This document shows positions 54,508 through 64,000 of a DNA stretch of 64,000 nt, in pieces (position 1 is the first letter of the stretch; every line of letters begins with the position of its first letter). Source of the stretch: a virus; IMG/VR virus record IMGVR_UViG_3300042923_000524, positions 64,001 through 128,000 of that record; one strand, given 5' to 3'. The notes beneath the pieces were generated by a model that made no database searches, was not told where the DNA came from, and saw nothing but the letters and a program-made list of their open reading frames with translations. A program made the translations under genes and the position numbers.

Positions 54508-54627
54508 ATGAAGAAAATTTTATCTATATTAACTATGGGTATTATAATAGTTGGAAGTTTAGTAACTCAAACATTTGCTTGTGGAGCAATATTAGGAGAA
54601 GATTCAATTCCAGATTCACTAAAGTAG
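54508..54627 (+). CDS. agrD: AgrD-like cyclic thiolactone autoinducer precursor (39 aa)
   Basis: AGGAGG RBS; MKKILSILTMGIIIVGSLVTQTFA-CGAIL-GEDSIPDSLK: amphipathic leader, Cys ring and acidic tail with Pro at +6. Confidence 0.85.
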   Translation: MKKILSILTMGIIIVGSLVTQTFACGAILGEDSIPDSLK

Positions 54628-54664
54628 AAAGAAGGGGTGTATCCCCTTCTAAAATCCAAATGAG

Positions 54665-54982
54665 GTGGTTTCTATTGATGATACGAGAAGGTTAAAAACA
54701 AATGAATTACTTAACACATTGGATTGTACTATAAAAGATAAAATTAAACTCAAAGAGATTTTGAGGTCTCTTGATAATGAAGATGTTGAAACTGGTAGTA
54801 TATATGAATTAATAAGTCAAAAAACACATAAAGACCAATCAACCATAAAGAAATTTATGGCAAAGATTACAGGTCGATTAGATAATAAATTATTAAGGAA
54901 ATTAGGTATTAAAAATAAACCAAAAGGAAAAGAGTTTTTAATACATCTGTACAGGACAATAAATGAAAATGAGGATACATAA
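54665..54982 (+). CDS. Stand-alone Spo0A C-terminal (DNA-binding) domain-like protein, no receiver domain
   Basis: [23 protein letters not shown] aligns with [37 protein letters not shown] aligns with KAKPTNSEFIAMV (from memory). Confidence 0.6.
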   Translation: [105 protein letters not shown]

Positions 54983-54984
54983 AA

Positions 54985-55545
54985 TTGATTGATAAAATAG
55001 CAACATGGATAGGCAAAATACTTTCTGATTATACAGGATTAAATGAAGTTAAGCAGATAGAATTGATATATTTTCTGAAGAGAATAATTAAAAATTTGAT
55101 ATTCTATATAATCACATTTAATATAGCAATTTTACTAAATATATTTAACCCTGTATTAATACTATTACTAAGTTATCATTGTGTAAGATTGAGGTTTGGA
55201 GGAATACATTTAAAGAATCAGACATTATGTTTAATAATAAGTATAATTGCTCCTTTGGGATTAGGATACATAGCATCTAATTATAAATTCAATTTACTTT
55301 TTATGGTAATATTATATGCCGTAATGATTTTATACGCAAATTACATAGACGTGATAGATAATATTAATAGACCCCTGACAGTTGATAAGAAGCTTAAATT
55401 TAAAAAACAAGGCTTAATAACTATGACAATATTATTTGTACTAAATATTATAATATATATACTTGATTTCGTATTAATAAGCAATAGTATCCTAATGGGA
55501 GTCTTACTAGGAGTGATATTACTTATAAGGTTTCCAATAAAATAA
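54985..55545 (+). CDS. agrB: AgrB peptide maturase
   Basis: LRFGGIHLKNQTLCLIIS (RxxxGGxH...C motif), DNINRPL, multi-TM. Confidence 0.9.
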   Translation: MIDKIATWIGKILSDYTGLNEVKQIELIYFLKRIIKNLIFYIITFNIAILLNIFNPVLILLLSYHCVRLRFGGIHLKNQTLCLIISIIAPLGLGYIASNYKFNLLFMVILYAVMILYANYIDVIDNINRPLTVDKKLKFKKQGLITMTILFVLNIIIYILDFVLISNSILMGVLLGVILLIRFPIK

Positions 55546-55708
55546 AAGAATGAGAAAAACAAAAGCCAGAGTTTCCTCTGACTTCCGTAGCAATAAGTGT
55601 GTCTTTTGCCGAGTTCACGACTTATGCCTATAGATAAGTATAATGTTTTTCTCTTCTAAATACAACATAAATTTTTACAAATAATTTAAATGTAAAGGAG
55701 AGAAAGGA

Positions 55709-56296
55709 ATGAAAAGAAATGCTAATTTAGTTTACAAGGAAATGATGTTAGAGGTTAATAAGTTTATTAACGAAATGGGATTGGATTGCGAAATATTAGG
55801 TCTTAAAACTAACCAAGATAAGATGTTATACTACTGGAATTACATAGACCAAAAAAATGTTTTTAAAGGCATCCTAGAGCTTCCAAATATATATTTTATT
55901 AAACTAGCAAACTTATTGTGTAATACCACTGAAAGAATGATAGAATTTCAAGAGAAGTTTTATAATCCTGATGGAAATGTTGCTAATCAACTTAGAGAAT
56001 ATAGAAGGTATTTACTAGATATTAGAGATGATAATGCTATGTCATTGTATAAAGTGTTAAAAATAGTTATAGATAATAGATGTTGGAGCAATTTAGATAC
56101 AGTATTAATGGAATTATATCTTGAGCCGATAGACAAATGGATATGTGATGAGATAATAGATTTGATACATAATGAGAATCTTACGGCAGAAGATATATAC
56201 TTGTGGTATAAGAGAGGAAAGAATGTTAAGAGTTTAATCAGTTTCGATATTGATTATATAAAGTTGTCAAATAAACAGTTTGTAGAAGAAATATAA
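55709..56296 (+). CDS. Hypothetical protein (195 aa)
   Basis: ORF track, AAGGAG RBS. Confidence 0.6.
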   Translation: MKRNANLVYKEMMLEVNKFINEMGLDCEILGLKTNQDKMLYYWNYIDQKNVFKGILELPNIYFIKLANLLCNTTERMIEFQEKFYNPDGNVANQLREYRRYLLDIRDDNAMSLYKVLKIVIDNRCWSNLDTVLMELYLEPIDKWICDEIIDLIHNENLTAEDIYLWYKRGKNVKSLISFDIDYIKLSNKQFVEEI

Positions 56297-56503
56297 AAGT
56301 TTATCATTATTGGATTAATGCTATGCGGAGATTTAGCAATCCTTACAATTTATCTAAACAAGTGGAGAAGTCTGCTTGTTTAAAACTTTATTAAAAACAA
56401 ATATAAAATTACTATTGACAAATGAATTAGTGGTAGTATAATAAATTATAGGAGATGAAATAAATGGCAGTTCCACCACAGTACTAAAATAAATTGACGG
56501 AGG

Positions 56504-57220
56504 TTGTTGCAGATGAAGAATTATAAGATGGTAGATAGGTATAAATTATACGAGAATTTACTTGGAATTATAATGATAGGTGTTATATTGTTTGCTCATG
56601 TTAATAATTTAAATAATATTAATAAAAATGAATATAAAACTAAAACAAACATATACATATTATCAGAAGAACAAGAAGTATTTATTAAAGAATGGAGTGG
56701 TATTCCTAGGGAATTGAGAGAGTGGATGGATGGGTATGAGGAAGAAAAGTTTCAACCAATGGAAATTCCTTTAAGTTTGGAACTTCAGGAATATACATAT
56801 GAGATGTGTAAGAAGTACAATGTTGATTATATATTCGCAATGAGTATTATGAGGACTGAAAGCAGTTTTAATATTAAAGCTAAATGTAAAAACAATACAG
56901 ATAATTATTACAGTAGGGGACTTATGCAACTAAACGAAAGATATATATCTGAATTCGTAGAACTTACAGGAATAAAGGATTTTAATATAAATAATCCACT
57001 ACATAATATTGAAGGTGGCGTTGCAAAATTAGCTAATTTAAATAGATTTTGGGATAAATATGAATTAGCAGAAGAAGATAATTGGTATGCTGTCACCAAT
57101 AGCTATAATTTAGGGCTTAATAAATATAAAAAACAAGTAATAAGTAGGGGTAATTTCTTCAGTAGGGAGTATGACAGAAAGGTAATGAAAAATAAAGAAA
57201 AATTAGAAGGAGGAATATAA
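56504..57220 (+). CDS. Lytic transglycosylase (SLT domain) with N-terminal membrane anchor
   Basis: SIMRTESSFN (catalytic Glu), GLMQLN, NIEGG, YNLG. Confidence 0.85.
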   Translation: MLQMKNYKMVDRYKLYENLLGIIMIGVILFAHVNNLNNINKNEYKTKTNIYILSEEQEVFIKEWSGIPRELREWMDGYEEEKFQPMEIPLSLELQEYTYEMCKKYNVDYIFAMSIMRTESSFNIKAKCKNNTDNYYSRGLMQLNERYISEFVELTGIKDFNINNPLHNIEGGVAKLANLNRFWDKYELAEEDNWYAVTNSYNLGLNKYKKQVISRGNFFSREYDRKVMKNKEKLEGGI

Positions 57221-57796
57221 TTGAAACAAATTTATTTAATCTCAGGGCATGCTCAAAACGGCAAAGATGAAACAGCAGACATTATAATTAAACATCTTGA
57301 AGGTAAATGTACAAAAGTATCATTAGCAAGAGATTTAAAAGCTATATGTCAAGAGTATCTTGGATGGGATGGAAGTAAAAATGAATTAGGTAGAGAAATC
57401 TTACAAAAAACAGGCACAGAAAAAATAAGACAAAAACTTGGATGGGAAGTATTTCATGCGCATCGAGTTTATGAAACAATTAAGATTATAGAAGATGCTT
57501 ATGATTACATATTTGTACCTGATACGAGATTTAAAAATGAAGTATTTTATTTACAAGCAATGTTCCCTAGTAAGGTTACAACAATAAGGGCAGAGAGATT
57601 GAATTTTAAGAGTCCTTTAACTAAAGAGCAACAATTACATGTAAGTGAAACGGATTTAGATAACTTTAAGTTCGACTACATAATTAGAAGCAAAAGTGGA
57701 TTAGATAATCTTGAAAAAGAAGTGTTAAAAACTATTTTTGGCATAAACGATAAAGCGTCTGATATGGAAGAATGGTTTAAGCAATATAGTTCGTAA
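57221..57796 (+). CDS. Deoxynucleoside monophosphate kinase
   Basis: ISGHAQNGKD P-loop, SLARDLK, REILQKTGTE, PDTRFKNE, HVSET. Confidence 0.85.
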   Translation: MKQIYLISGHAQNGKDETADIIIKHLEGKCTKVSLARDLKAICQEYLGWDGSKNELGREILQKTGTEKIRQKLGWEVFHAHRVYETIKIIEDAYDYIFVPDTRFKNEVFYLQAMFPSKVTTIRAERLNFKSPLTKEQQLHVSETDLDNFKFDYIIRSKSGLDNLEKEVLKTIFGINDKASDMEEWFKQYSS

Positions 57797-57810
57797 AGGA
57801 GGAATAAATA

Positions 57811-60800
57811 TGGAAAGGTTTTTAATTAAGTTAACAGATTTATTAAATAATGATTTTACAAAATTACCTTGTAGTGATAGTTGTAAAGATTGTAAATTAA
57901 ATATAAAACTTGATGATGAAAACTATAATGGTTATACAATTTGTGATATACTTACTGATTTACAAGATGTATTAAGTAAAATATAACTGACCACAAAAGA
58001 ACAATTTGGTCGGGAAATAATATAAAAATAAGGAGATAATTTAATGCAAAAATATTTTTTAGCAACAAAAGATAGTGAATTTGCAAAAGAAATGACTAAA
58101 TACATAGAAATGTATGAACAACAAAGGGTGTTTGTAAAACAATTTTTTAAAGATAATGAAATAGAAGGAACTCAATATATTGTATCTGGAGATGGTTGGG
58201 TTAATAAACCTTTTGAGGAATGGAATAAGAATAAAATTACACTTAATATCAACCCCACAGAAAAAGATAATCAAAAATTCGGAAGTATGTTGACTAAACC
58301 TAAACATCATGGATTGTGTGCATTTAAAAAAGGTTCAAAAATTGCAAAAGAATTTTCAGATTTATGCTTCAAAGAAAAGATTGTGGTGAATCTATATCAG
58401 CCTAGTTTAAGAGATTATTTTCAATCAATTGGATACTCAGCATATACATCACATTTACTTGATAATGAAGACAATAGTTTTTATTTAAAAGTAGAGAGTA
58501 AGAATCTAAAAGAAGATGATATACCTGAATATATGACAGAAATAAAAGCAAGTGATTTTTATAAAATATTAGAAGAAAGAAAAGAAATATAAGACAATAA
58601 AACGATGATTTGGTTGAAAGAGAGGTTTGGGTATGTATGTAATATATAAAGTTTCCGTAGATAAAACTTATTATATTGACGATATTGATACAAAGATTGA
58701 AGTTAAACTCATTGAAAGTTATGATAATCAATCTGAAGCTGCAAGATTGTGTAGCATATTAAGTAAAGAAAATAAGGATGAAAGAGTAAAATATAAATAT
58801 GGATATTTAAAAGATAAAAATTAAAACTACTCAAAATGCTTATTTAGAGGTAACTTAAAAATAGAAAGGAGAATTAAATGATAGCGTTAATAAATTTTAC
58901 AAAAGACCTGTTTATTCCAAGACAGGATGCAACAAACTTAAATTTACAGTACGAAGAAGTAGGAAAGATTGGAGTAAATTATCAAAGTAATATTGAAAGA
59001 ATGACAACTAGTTATTACTATTATAAAGATGAATTAATCAAAAATGAAGAGGACGGAAGATATTACAAAGATGATAAAAAGATTGACAATTATTATGTGT
59101 ATGACAGAGTAAAAGATGGTATAGATTATGTGTATGTTAAAAGTGAAAATCATATTGTAGATTTACTGGAGTTTGCTCCTAAATGTAATTATTCATATTC
59201 AATACAAAAGTGTATAAAATCTAAAGAGCCTACAGTACAAAATATACAATCATTATTAAGCATTATAGAAGAAAAAACAGAAGCAATAAATAAAACTATT
59301 GATATAATGAGCAATCAAACATTTAATCAGAAATGTAATGTTCATGTAGGTGGAGGGTTAATTGCTACTTATAATGATTTAATGCTAAAAGAAGATTCTT
59401 GTACCGATGCATTACAATCTGAACTAAATAATGGTTGGAGAATAATTGCAGTATGTGTGCAACCAGACCAAAGAAGACCTGATTATGTGTTAGGTAGATA
59501 TAACCCTGAGTTAGATACATATAGAAAAAATAGTGCGGAGAGATAAGATGTCGATAGAAAGATAATACCATTGAAATATTTTAGTCATAAATTAGAAACT
59601 AATACATAGCATATATTAATTAATATAAAATTATAAATAAGGAGGTTGAATAAAATGATAGAAATTTTAGGTGCAGAATTAGACATAGCATTTGAAGAAC
59701 TTAAAATGAATGTACTAAAGACATATGAAATAATAAACAAACCTTGGGATTACTGTGAAACATATCAAGTATGGGAACTTTCTGAAGAAGATTTTGAAAA
59801 GATTTGTAGCATACCAGACAACGAATGGAAAGACAATTGGGGTTGGTGGAGATATGCAAAAGGTTCAAATCTAGGAAGTGTAGGTCATAGGTATAATATA
59901 AATGGTCATTACATTTCTGCGTGGGATGGTTATAAAAGAGAAAATACAAAAGATTATCCTTGGAATAGGGAATATAAAACCCTCCTACAATATTTCTGCA
60001 ATGAAATTGGTGTATCAACTGAAAAGAATGTTTGTGCTGTAGCTGTTGATTTAGCAGAGCAGAATGGAATTACAATGGCTGAATTGTTTAAGAAATATCA
60101 AGGCTAGTGGGGAGCAATCCCCTGATACATAGTTTCAACATAATAGGTATTTTATAGGAATTTTAAAAAAGGAGATAAATATGGAAAGAAAAATTAAACT
60201 ATCAAAGGGTGAAATAGAATCATTTTTTATAAAAGGTCAAAGAAATCCTTGTAATTGTGGCTCAAATTGTTTTCATAAGGAGAATGATGAATTAATAACA
60301 CTTGGAGTTTGTAATGCTTGCGGTGAAGATATATATGAATATGAAGAGCGAGAAGAATTTGACGAGTGGAAATATAAAAAGTAAACTGTCTTCAAAAGGC
60401 AGATTTGGAGGAAAAATATGAATGGTTTTAATTTAGTAAAAAAGATAATAGATGAATTAAAAGAAGAGGATATGCCAAGATTCATGAATGAGTTAGGATG
60501 CCCGAATTATTTCAGGTTAGAACAAGTTTCTGATGATGAATGCAATAATTCACCTTGTATAGAATGTTGGAAACAGGCATTAAACAAAGAGTATGAAGTT
60601 TAAATAAAAGACAGGTTTTAAAGACAAATTGAAAGGAGGATTTTTTATGAATAATACTATCACAATTACACAAAAGGAATACAATGAATTACTAGAATCA
60701 CAACGGTCTTTAGAAGCATTACAATGTGCAGGTGTAGACAATTGGTCAGGATATTGCGAGGCACAAGAGATTTTTAATAGTGAAGATTAAATCACATCAT

Positions 60801-63800
60801 AACAATTAATTGGAGGTAATAAAAAGATGGAAAATAAAGAAATAGCAAAAAGAATAAGTGAAATGGTATGGAAAAATTATGAAGATAATGACATATTTGC
60901 AGTACAATTATTTGTAGAAAAAATTTGTTTACCTGAAGGAGTTCAAAGTTATACTCAAGAAGACCTAGAGGAATATATATTAAAAATAGCAAATAATAAT
61001 TTTATTACAGAAATTTAAATTAAAATAAAAAAGGAGATATATAAAAATGAAAAAAGCAATAACAATAATCCTAGTAATAACCATTATCCTAACATCATTA
61101 ATCCTAACATCATGTTCGCAACAATCTCTTAACGATGAATATCAAGCAACGATACAATCAATAGACGGCAATAAGGTAACTGCTTCAGTAGGCAATATAA
61201 CTAAAACAATATACATAAACGAAGATAATATGACTTTAGGAGCAATCGGCAAATATGAGTTTCTTAAAATCAAAGCTGGAGATATAGTAAGTATTAAGGT
61301 TTCTGAAGGTAGAATTGTAGATGTTAATTTAGTAAAACAGAAGTAAATAATAAATATTTAATAACTAATATAAAATTTATGGAGGTAAACATACATATGG
61401 CTAGACAACCAAAAGCAGAAATAAATAAGGGTAGTAAAAAGAATACAACAACTAAAGTAGTTACAACTGAAACTAAAAAATCAAGAGGCAGGGAGAAAGG
61501 ATTTACTGTTGAGCCTACTGTGGCTATTATAAATATTACCGACACACCATATAGAATTGATGAGTCAGATGGTCGCAATAAAATTATTCAGAAGTTGATT
61601 ACTAAAGTAAGAACAAAAGAAGAAAAAGATGATGAATTCAATAAAGGTGTTAAAGTAGGGGAAGAGTACACAAGATATGTGAACGTATTAAAATGTTACC
61701 GTTCAGACTATAAATCGGCTTTCTATAGACTTCACGAAGTAATGGTTGAAGATGAAATAGAAAAGAGAAAAATAGTTTCATTAGAAGAATTCTTAAAAAT
61801 TTATAGAGAAATGAATGTCTTGTTGGATAAAACATTTCCTGTGAAGGCTGAATAGGAGGTAGGTTTTATGACATATGAATACTACTGTCCTTATTGTAAA
61901 ACTTACTCCGAAGTTACTTGTAAGGTAAGTGAATATGAAGAAGAAATTCAATGTGGTTGCGGAGGTTCTGCTAAAAGAAATTACTCTCCTACAAGAACAA
62001 TTTATAAAACCACAGGATTTTTTACTACAGATAGGGATGATAAATAATTATGAAAGAATGGTGTTTTGAGCATCCAATATTAACTTTCTTTATAATCTGT
62101 TTAATATTATTAGAGTTAGATTGTTATATTACATATTTAAACAATAGACTAAAGTTAAAACTTTTTATTTTAGAGAATAAGAAAGAAGAAAATAAAAATA
62201 AGTACACTATATATAGTGGTGATGGTAAAATAAAACACAATATATAGTAACAAAATGACCATAAAATGAGTATTTGGATGTAAGTTGGAGAGGAATAGTA
62301 AATGATAAAGAATTGTAGTAACTGTGGAAATAAAGGTGCGTTGTGTTGCTCTTATTGTGGTGACTATGAAGGTTGGAAACCAATAAAAGAGGAAAATACC
62401 AAAGTAAGAAAAGATGGATTGACCGAACAAGAAGGAAAAGTAATGGATTCACTAGTTGATGCGTGGAATGAATATGTTAAATTAGAAAAACAACACCCAA
62501 CGGATATTGATGAGTTTTGTGATGGAATACATAGATGTCAACATGCTTTGACTATAAGAATTTTAAGAAGAGATTATTCTGAAGGTTATCCTATAAAATA
62601 ATAAATATAAAAAGGAGTTTAGTAAATGAAAAAATTAGTTATAAATTCAGGCAAGGCTTATGTGATGGAAAATAAAGAGGATTATAATTTAACTGATAGT
62701 TATGAACATGCAAAAGATTTTAGATGGTGTTGGTTATGGTTTTCTAAGAAAACATTTTTAAAAGGTATTAATAAAAGATTTGGTAGTGGATGGGAATTTA
62801 AATGGATGTAGTCAGAATAAGGATTCTGAGGACATATAATAAGGAGGATATATGAAAACTACAATAATGCAATGTAACTGTGATAATTGTAACGAAATAA
62901 TGACTGAATTTGAATATGAGCAAGCTATTAAAATTACAATATCAGCAGATTTACCTAATCCACAAGGTAAATGTGGTCAGTTTGGTGGTATAACGATGAA
63001 ATTATGTAAAAAGTGTTCTGAAGAATTAGGGATAATCAATTCGGAAGAATACCATAACTATACGTATTCTCATAGTAGATTTATTAGCAAAATTAAAGAA
63101 TGTAAAACAAAGATTTTAAAATTGTGCTTTAAGAAATAAGGAGATTACAATGAGTAAATATGTATATGAAGACCCTATTAAATTAGGATATATTCAATTT
63201 AAATTAACCAAGAAACAGCACAATAGTCTATTCAAATATAGACAAATTAAATGGACAGATAAATACGAGTATTATTATAATGAACATGAAATAATAATAC
63301 ATAAATTCTATAATTGGAAAGCTGTTTTATTACAAACAATTTTCTTTCCAGTAGAAATATTGATGAATGGAATAGTAAATGCAAAAGAAATTTATAAAGA
63401 AATCTTGGAATTATATAATCAAAAGGAATCTGGAAGTTTTTCTGGTGATGATGTGTCTAGTGGAACAGATAAATATAATGAGATTATGGATATTATAAAA
63501 TAATAATAAATATGATAAGAAAGGAGAAAAATATGAAAGTTGCAAATTTATGTGATTATTGCAAACATGAAGTGCCTGAATGTGAAAACTCAAAAGTAGT
63601 GTTTGGCGTAGATTGTAAGGATATTTTAGCCTATTATAATCAAGGTATAGTTGATAAAAAATATCTTGATGCTACTGTTGCATGTGATGGATTTTCTGAA
63701 AAAGAATAGTTATACATATTAATAATAGCAAGTTTCAACAGAAGCACGATTTGATTAGGAAAGGAGATATAAAAGTTGTTTAATTTAAAAGAAGAAGAAA

Positions 63801-64000
63801 AATACATATTTGATGCTATAGTAGGAGCAAGAACAATACAAGAGTTTCTATGGGGTGAATATAATAATCAATGGGATTTAGAAGAATGGAAACGTATGTT
63901 TAAAAAGAGAATTGTTAAAATAGATGACATTGATACTGATAATCCCCATGCAAAGATTGAGTTAAAGAAGAGAGTATTACAAAATGCTTGTTTATGTATT
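57811..64000 (+). CDS. Array of about 25 small hypothetical genes (last one partial, TTG at 63776)
   Basis: Tightly packed + strand ORFs with RBSs; the 18-bp motif sits at many junctions. Confidence 0.65.
61868..62047 (+). CDS. FmdB-family zinc-ribbon protein
   Basis: Read manually: MTYEYYCPYC...CGCGG...R.YS....YKTTGFFTTD. Confidence 0.65.
   Translation: MTYEYYCPYCKTYSEVTCKVSEYEEEIQCGCGGSAKRNYSPTRTIYKTTGFFTTDRDDK

Larger units (their letters stand above)
21580..56442 (+). promoter_or_regulatory. Family of near-consensus sigmaA promoters, most preceded by AATATAAAA(TT)
   Basis: TTGACA/TTGACT with 16-18 nt spacers at 24861, 25524, 26301, 27096, 28342, 29000, 30214, 32159, 47399, 56415 and others; several have a TG-extended -10. 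Confidence 0.85.
2740..63755. repeat. Dispersed 18-bp imperfect palindrome AHAAAAN-N4-ATTTGRT at gene boundaries
   Basis: Copies at 2740, 10042(-), 26068, 29542, 30139(inverted), 33250, 35051, 47533 (perfect ACCAAAT-TGAG-ATTTGGT), 50568, 52234, 52977, 57993, 58597, 58831, 60392, 62261 and 63738, plus weaker ones. Confidence 0.8.

Overview
Very AT-rich window that looks like part of a large SPbeta/c-st-like temperate phage (or prophage) of a clostridial host. No host housekeeping genes are visible. 1-12 kb (minus strand) is a late/packaging-side cluster: terminase large subunit N-terminus, ClpP-like protease, calcineurin-like phosphoesterase, YonK-like protein, beta-CASP nuclease, YonO-like single-subunit RNA polymerase and an HslV-like Ntn protease. 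11.8-19.1 kb is a plasmid-like module: HTH initiator with iterons, ParM/ParR-like pair, FtsK ATPase, replication-relaxation-like protein, SprT and a SpoIIIAC-like peptide. 19.8-24.4 kb is largely non-coding with a sharp strand-skew switch. 21.6-64 kb (plus strand) is an early/accessory region of mostly tiny genes with many strong sigmaA promoters. It also holds a C5 methyltransferase, a tyrosine recombinase, two pistol ribozymes and a hammerhead-like RNA, a MazF-TPR receptor-signal peptide-YopQ/YopR(MrpR)-like locus resembling arbitrium, a compact Cas12f1 system (tracrRNA, 5-repeat array, no cas1/2) and an Agr-like operon with a kinase-less receptor and a stand-alone Spo0A DNA-binding domain behind a LexA box and 0A boxes. 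Three dispersed DNA motifs recur: an 18-bp imperfect palindrome at gene boundaries, AATATAAAATT beside promoters, and a local polar TATAACAG cluster. All family assignments come from motifs recognised by eye and remembered reference sequences. No database searches were run.
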